Translations under genes and position numbers: made by a program
The notes under the pieces: model-generated
The model's input: the letters and a program-made list of their open reading frames with translations, nothing else
What the model was told of the DNA's origin: nothing
Database searches by the model: none
DNA from: an uncultured Deferribacteres bacterium
Lineage (GTDB): Bacteria; Zhuqueibacterota; Zhuqueibacteria; Zhuqueibacterales; Geothermadaptataceae
Assembly: GCA_964014485.1 (NCBI GenBank)
Contig: CAXHAT010000002.1
Location: forward strand, 32,001 to 96,000
Length of the DNA stretch: 64,000 nucleotides
Direction of reading: 5' to 3'
Shown: positions 60,318 to 64,000 of the stretch, piece after piece
Position numbering within the stretch: the stretch's first letter is position 1
How the letters are laid out: each line of letters starts with the position of its first letter

Positions 60318-61006
60318 CGATTATCCCGGCGCGAGGCGGCAGCAAACGCATTCCCCAAAAAAACATTAAGCCCTTTGCCGGAAGACCTATGATCGCACAC
60401 TCGATCACCGCCGCTCGTGATTCAAAGCTATTCGATCGAATACTTGTTTCGACGGATTCTGATAAAATTGCGGAAATTGCGAAACAGGCCGGCGCTGAAG
60501 TTCCTTTTCGTCGTCCTAAAGAATTATCCGATGATTTCACGCCCACGGCGCCGGTCGTGGAGCATGCACTCAATTGGCTGGCGGCGAGCGGCTCTCCCGC
60601 AGGTCATGTATGCTGCATTTACGCAACGGCGCCTTTTCTCCAGCCTGTATTTCTCCGTCAAGGTTATGAACTCTTGACGGGGAAGGACGTCTCGTCAGTA
60701 TTTTCAGTAACCAGCTTTCCATTTCCTATTTTTAGAGCGCTAAAAATAGAAGAGAACGGCGCTTTAAAGATGTTTTGGCCTGAGCACGAACTCACCAGAT
60801 CGAACGACCTCCAAGAAGCCTATCACGACGCCGGTCAATTCTATTGGCTTGAAACCGAGCGTTTTCTGGAAAGTAAGAGGCTCTACGGGAATGATGCATT
60901 GCCAGTCATTATTCCGCGCTTTCTCGTACAAGATATCGATACATTAGAAGACTTGACGACGGCGGAGTATATGTATCAAGCGATTCAAACAAGGATAAAG
61001 CAATAA
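60308..61006 (+). CDS. pseF: Pseudaminic acid cytidylyltransferase
   Basis: AIIPARGGSKRIPQKNIK, VSTDS, CCIYATAPF, YHDAGQFYW and VQDIDTLED. Confidence 0.93.
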   Translation: MVVAIIPARGGSKRIPQKNIKPFAGRPMIAHSITAARDSKLFDRILVSTDSDKIAEIAKQAGAEVPFRRPKELSDDFTPTAPVVEHALNWLAASGSPAGHVCCIYATAPFLQPVFLRQGYELLTGKDVSSVFSVTSFPFPIFRALKIEENGALKMFWPEHELTRSNDLQEAYHDAGQFYWLETERFLESKRLYGNDALPVIIPRFLVQDIDTLEDLTTAEYMYQAIQTRIKQ

Positions 61007-61017
61007 AGAGTTAGCCC

Positions 61018-62331
61018 ATGAAGCTAGCCGTTTTAGGCGGAGAACCCGTTCGCAGAAAGCCTTTTTCAGCGCACAACAATATTGATGCTGAAGAAAAAGA
61101 CGCGGTTGCACGCGTTCTCGATTCAGGCGTATTATCACGCTATCTGGGTTGCTTCCACGAAAATTTTTACGGAGGCGGCGAAGTCAGAGCGCTCGAGGAT
61201 GAATGGGCGGAATATTTTGGCTCGAAGTACGCCGTCGCCGTCAATTCTTGTACATCAGGCTTATACTGTGCTGTCGGCGCGGCAGGAGTTGAGCCAGAAG
61301 ATGAAATCATTGTTTCGCCGTACACAATGAGCGCCTCGGCGACGGCCCCGCTTATCTTTAACGCCGTTCCGATTTTTGCTGATATTGAGCAAGACTACTT
61401 TTGCCTTGATCCGAAATCCGTTGAAGAGCGAATAACCCCCAAAACGCGAGCGATAATCGTTGTTGATATTTTTGGCCTTCCGTATGACGTTGCGGGGATA
61501 AATGCTCTGGCTGAAAAACACGGTCTTCTGGTTATTGAAGACGCCGCGCAAGCTCCTGGGGCGAAGTATAAGGACAAGTTTGCTGGCGCCCTCGCGGACA
61601 TCGGCGTTTATTCGCTAAACTATCATAAGCATATACATTGCGGCGAAGGCGGCGTCATAGTTACAGATGATGCAGAACTGGCAAACAAAGTACGGTTAAT
61701 ACGCAATCATGCCGAAGCCGTTGTTGAAGGCATGGAGCGCGCGGATATTGTTAATATGATCGGCTTCAACTTTCGTTTGCCGGAGTTAGAGGCCGCGATC
61801 ACGCGCTGTCAGTTACAAAAATTAGAAGCGTTGTTAGAAAAAAGGCACGCAAATATCCGTTATTTAGAAGAACGATTGGCGACAATACCCGCACTCCAAT
61901 TGCCCAAAGTTCGAGAAGATTGCGTGCATGCCTACTATTTGCACGCCATACGTTTCGATGAAGATGTCGCAGGAGTTTCAAGAGATCTGTTTGTAAATGC
62001 AGTGCAACAAGAATTGCCGCCGTTTGAATTACGAGAAACAGAAGGCGTCAAGATTGGTGGAGGCTATGTGAAGCCATTATATTTGCAGCCTTTATTTCAA
62101 CAAAGGCTGGCTTATGGCGCCAAAGGTTATCCTTTTCAGCGTGATGTTGGCGCCGTGACGAGTTATGAAAAAGGCATTTGTCCGGTGGTTGAACACATGC
62201 ATGAACGAGAGCTGATCACGCATGAATTTATGCTGCCGTCAATGAATTACGAAGATTTGAATGACGTCGTCAATGCATTTTGCAAGGTGTGGGAACAGCG
62301 AAAAATTTTGAGGAGCAAAAAGGATCGCTGA
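61018..62331 (+). CDS. Second DegT/DnrJ/EryC1/StrS aminotransferase
   Basis: VNSCTSGL, IEDAAQAPG, SLNYHKHIHCGEGG and GFNFRLPE. Confidence 0.92.
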   Translation: MKLAVLGGEPVRRKPFSAHNNIDAEEKDAVARVLDSGVLSRYLGCFHENFYGGGEVRALEDEWAEYFGSKYAVAVNSCTSGLYCAVGAAGVEPEDEIIVSPYTMSASATAPLIFNAVPIFADIEQDYFCLDPKSVEERITPKTRAIIVVDIFGLPYDVAGINALAEKHGLLVIEDAAQAPGAKYKDKFAGALADIGVYSLNYHKHIHCGEGGVIVTDDAELANKVRLIRNHAEAVVEGMERADIVNMIGFNFRLPELEAAITRCQLQKLEALLEKRHANIRYLEERLATIPALQLPKVREDCVHAYYLHAIRFDEDVAGVSRDLFVNAVQQELPPFELRETEGVKIGGGYVKPLYLQPLFQQRLAYGAKGYPFQRDVGAVTSYEKGICPVVEHMHERELITHEFMLPSMNYEDLNDVVNAFCKVWEQRKILRSKKDR

Positions 62332-62891
62332 TGGCCGTTTCGCCTGAAATCAAAACGCGCCGTTTACGAATTACGCCGTTTACCGAAAAACACCTGACAC
62401 AGCGTTATGTCGATTGGCTGAACAATAAGGCGCTGATGCGTTTCAGTGAACAGCGGCACAAAACACATTCAATGGAAACGTGCCGAAAATACTGGCGCTC
62501 TTTTGAAGGAACGCCGCATTTCTTCTGGGCGATTGAAACCGCCGTCGATGGTATAGGGCACATTGGAAACATAAACGCCTATCTTGATTCTCGAAATCAA
62601 CTTGCTGACATTGGAATTCTTATAGGAGAACCTCGAGCGGCCGGGCGCGGGCTTGGCGCTGAAGCTTGGGCGGGTGTGAGCGATTATTTGTTTCAAAGCG
62701 CAGGTGTTCGGAAACTGACCGCTGGGACCCTTGCAAACAACGTTCCGATGTGCAATTTGGCCCGCAAATCCGGAATGAAATCGGACGGAAAGCGTGAGAA
62801 ACATTTCCTATTTGAAGGTCGGGAAACGGATGTCGTCTATTTTGCGATGTTTAGAGACAATTGGCGGAAATTATCAGAATCCAGGGACTAG
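62331..62891 (+). CDS. GNAT (RimJ/RimL, PseH-like) N-acyltransferase
   Basis: RYVDWLN, HIGNI, DIGILIGE..GRGLG and KLTAGT..N..M; the ATG overlaps the upstream TGA. Confidence 0.85.
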   Translation: MAVSPEIKTRRLRITPFTEKHLTQRYVDWLNNKALMRFSEQRHKTHSMETCRKYWRSFEGTPHFFWAIETAVDGIGHIGNINAYLDSRNQLADIGILIGEPRAAGRGLGAEAWAGVSDYLFQSAGVRKLTAGTLANNVPMCNLARKSGMKSDGKREKHFLFEGRETDVVYFAMFRDNWRKLSESRD

Positions 62892-62917
62892 GCTCCCGCA
62901 AAACCTCTTAACTGCAT

Positions 62918-64000
62918 ATGGCAATAAAACTCTGTAAGCGGTGTGTTAACCCTGATACGCGCCCGAATATTTTTTTCGATGATGATGGCGTTTGTCCGGT
63001 ATGTCGTTTCACTGAAGACAGTAAAAATCGTGTGATCGATTGGGGTGAAAGAAGGCGTGAGCTTGATGGCGTGATAGCTTGGGGGCGCGAAAACAGCAAA
63101 AGCGCTTATGACTGCATCGTCACAGTCAGTGGTGGCAAAGACAGTATGAAACAGGCGTTTTTCGCGCGCGACGAACTTGGCATGAACCCGCTTTTAGTTA
63201 GTTGTGTTTACCCGCCGGAACAATTGCATGAACGCGGTGCGGAAAATTTGGGCAATTTGATTGCGCACGGGTTCGATACTATTAGCCTAAGTTTGGATCC
63301 GCAAATGTGGAAAAAGCTTATGCGGCAAAGTTTTTACAAATATGCGAATTGGTGTAAATCAACGGAAATGGCGCTTTACGCTATTCCAATACATGTTGCG
63401 ATCGCCTATAAAATCCCGCTCATTTTCCTTGGAGAGAATCCCGCTTTTACAATCGGAGAGCAACATGGACGACTGGATGGTGACGCTTCAAGAATGAAGT
63501 ATTGCAATACTCTTGAAGGCGGGAATCCTGACATATTGATGACGCAAGAGATGACTCAGCGAGACGTGCATTTTTATCGATATCCGTCAGATGAAGACAT
63601 GGAATATGCGCAATTGCGGATCGTCTATCTTGGTTATTATATCAAAGAATGGTCAGGGAGTAATAATGCAAAATTCGCGATCGAACACGGTTTAAAGACG
63701 CGAAGTGAACCGCCTGAAATGATTGGCGACTTATGGGGGTTTATTGGCCTGGACGAAGATTTTCGCATCGTCAATCAGATGATGAAATATGTAAAACTTG
63801 GGTTTGGACACGTGTCCGATCAGGCATGCGAAGCCATCAACGCCGGAAGTATGGATAGAGAAGAAGGGTTGCGGCTGGTAAAAAAGTTTGACGGAAAATG
63901 TGACCCTTCATATATCCGGCGGTTTTGCCAGTATTTAGGAATACCCGAGGAAGAGTTTTGGAATGTTCTCGAAGCGTATCGTAATGATGACATTTGGGAA
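62918..64000 (+). CDS. N-acetyl sugar amidotransferase (PseA/WbpG/WbuX-like), 3' truncated by window
   Basis: Not in the ORF track because it has no stop in the window. It reads MAIKLCKRCVNPDTRPNIFFDDDGVCPVC...YDCIVTVSGGKDS (PP-loop)...GEN...KYVKLGFG. Confidence 0.88.
   Translation, partial: MAIKLCKRCVNPDTRPNIFFDDDGVCPVCRFTEDSKNRVIDWGERRRELDGVIAWGRENSKSAYDCIVTVSGGKDSMKQAFFARDELGMNPLLVSCVYPPEQLHERGAENLGNLIAHGFDTISLSLDPQMWKKLMRQSFYKYANWCKSTEMALYAIPIHVAIAYKIPLIFLGENPAFTIGEQHGRLDGDASRMKYCNTLEGGNPDILMTQEMTQRDVHFYRYPSDEDMEYAQLRIVYLGYYIKEWSGSNNAKFAIEHGLKTRSEPPEMIGDLWGFIGLDEDFRIVNQMMKYVKLGFGHVSDQACEAINAGSMDREEGLRLVKKFDGKCDPSYIRRFCQYLGIPEEEFWNVLEAYRNDDIWE

Overview
Bacterial chromosomal window of moderate GC content. 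The gene content (TonB-dependent receptor, GWxTD protein, Reg_prop/Y_Y_Y hybrid kinase, DUF6249-like gene divergent from an ECF sigma factor, UpxY, long-form IspG) suggests an FCB-superphylum organism such as KSB1/Calditrichota; this is inference only. In order, the window holds: (1) a signalling-rich block with an ATPase-GAF-HK fusion plus NtrC-type regulator, a SpoIIE phosphatase and three clustered kinases, alongside a pirin/CDGSH/nitroreductase group and an orphan modA; (2) ispG and tRNA-Gly(CCC); (3) a minus-strand cluster of beta-helix-TonB receptor, bitopic TPR protein, sigma54-type promoter, PEGA Ser/Thr kinase and FHA-FHA-TM-FG-GAP protein; (4) an ECF sigma/anti-sigma pair with three matching promoter motifs and a tandemly duplicated secreted-TPR + CMD/AhpD module; (5) housekeeping genes (aminotransferase, gcvT, ftsK, lolA); (6) a polysaccharide locus with an extended pseudaminic-acid pathway that runs off the window end. 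Intergenic DNA carries several palindromic repeat families, including three ~132-bp REPIN-like elements with co-varying hairpins and one nested composite. No CRISPR array, rRNA, integrase or transposase was seen. Domain names come from motif recognition by eye, not from database searches.
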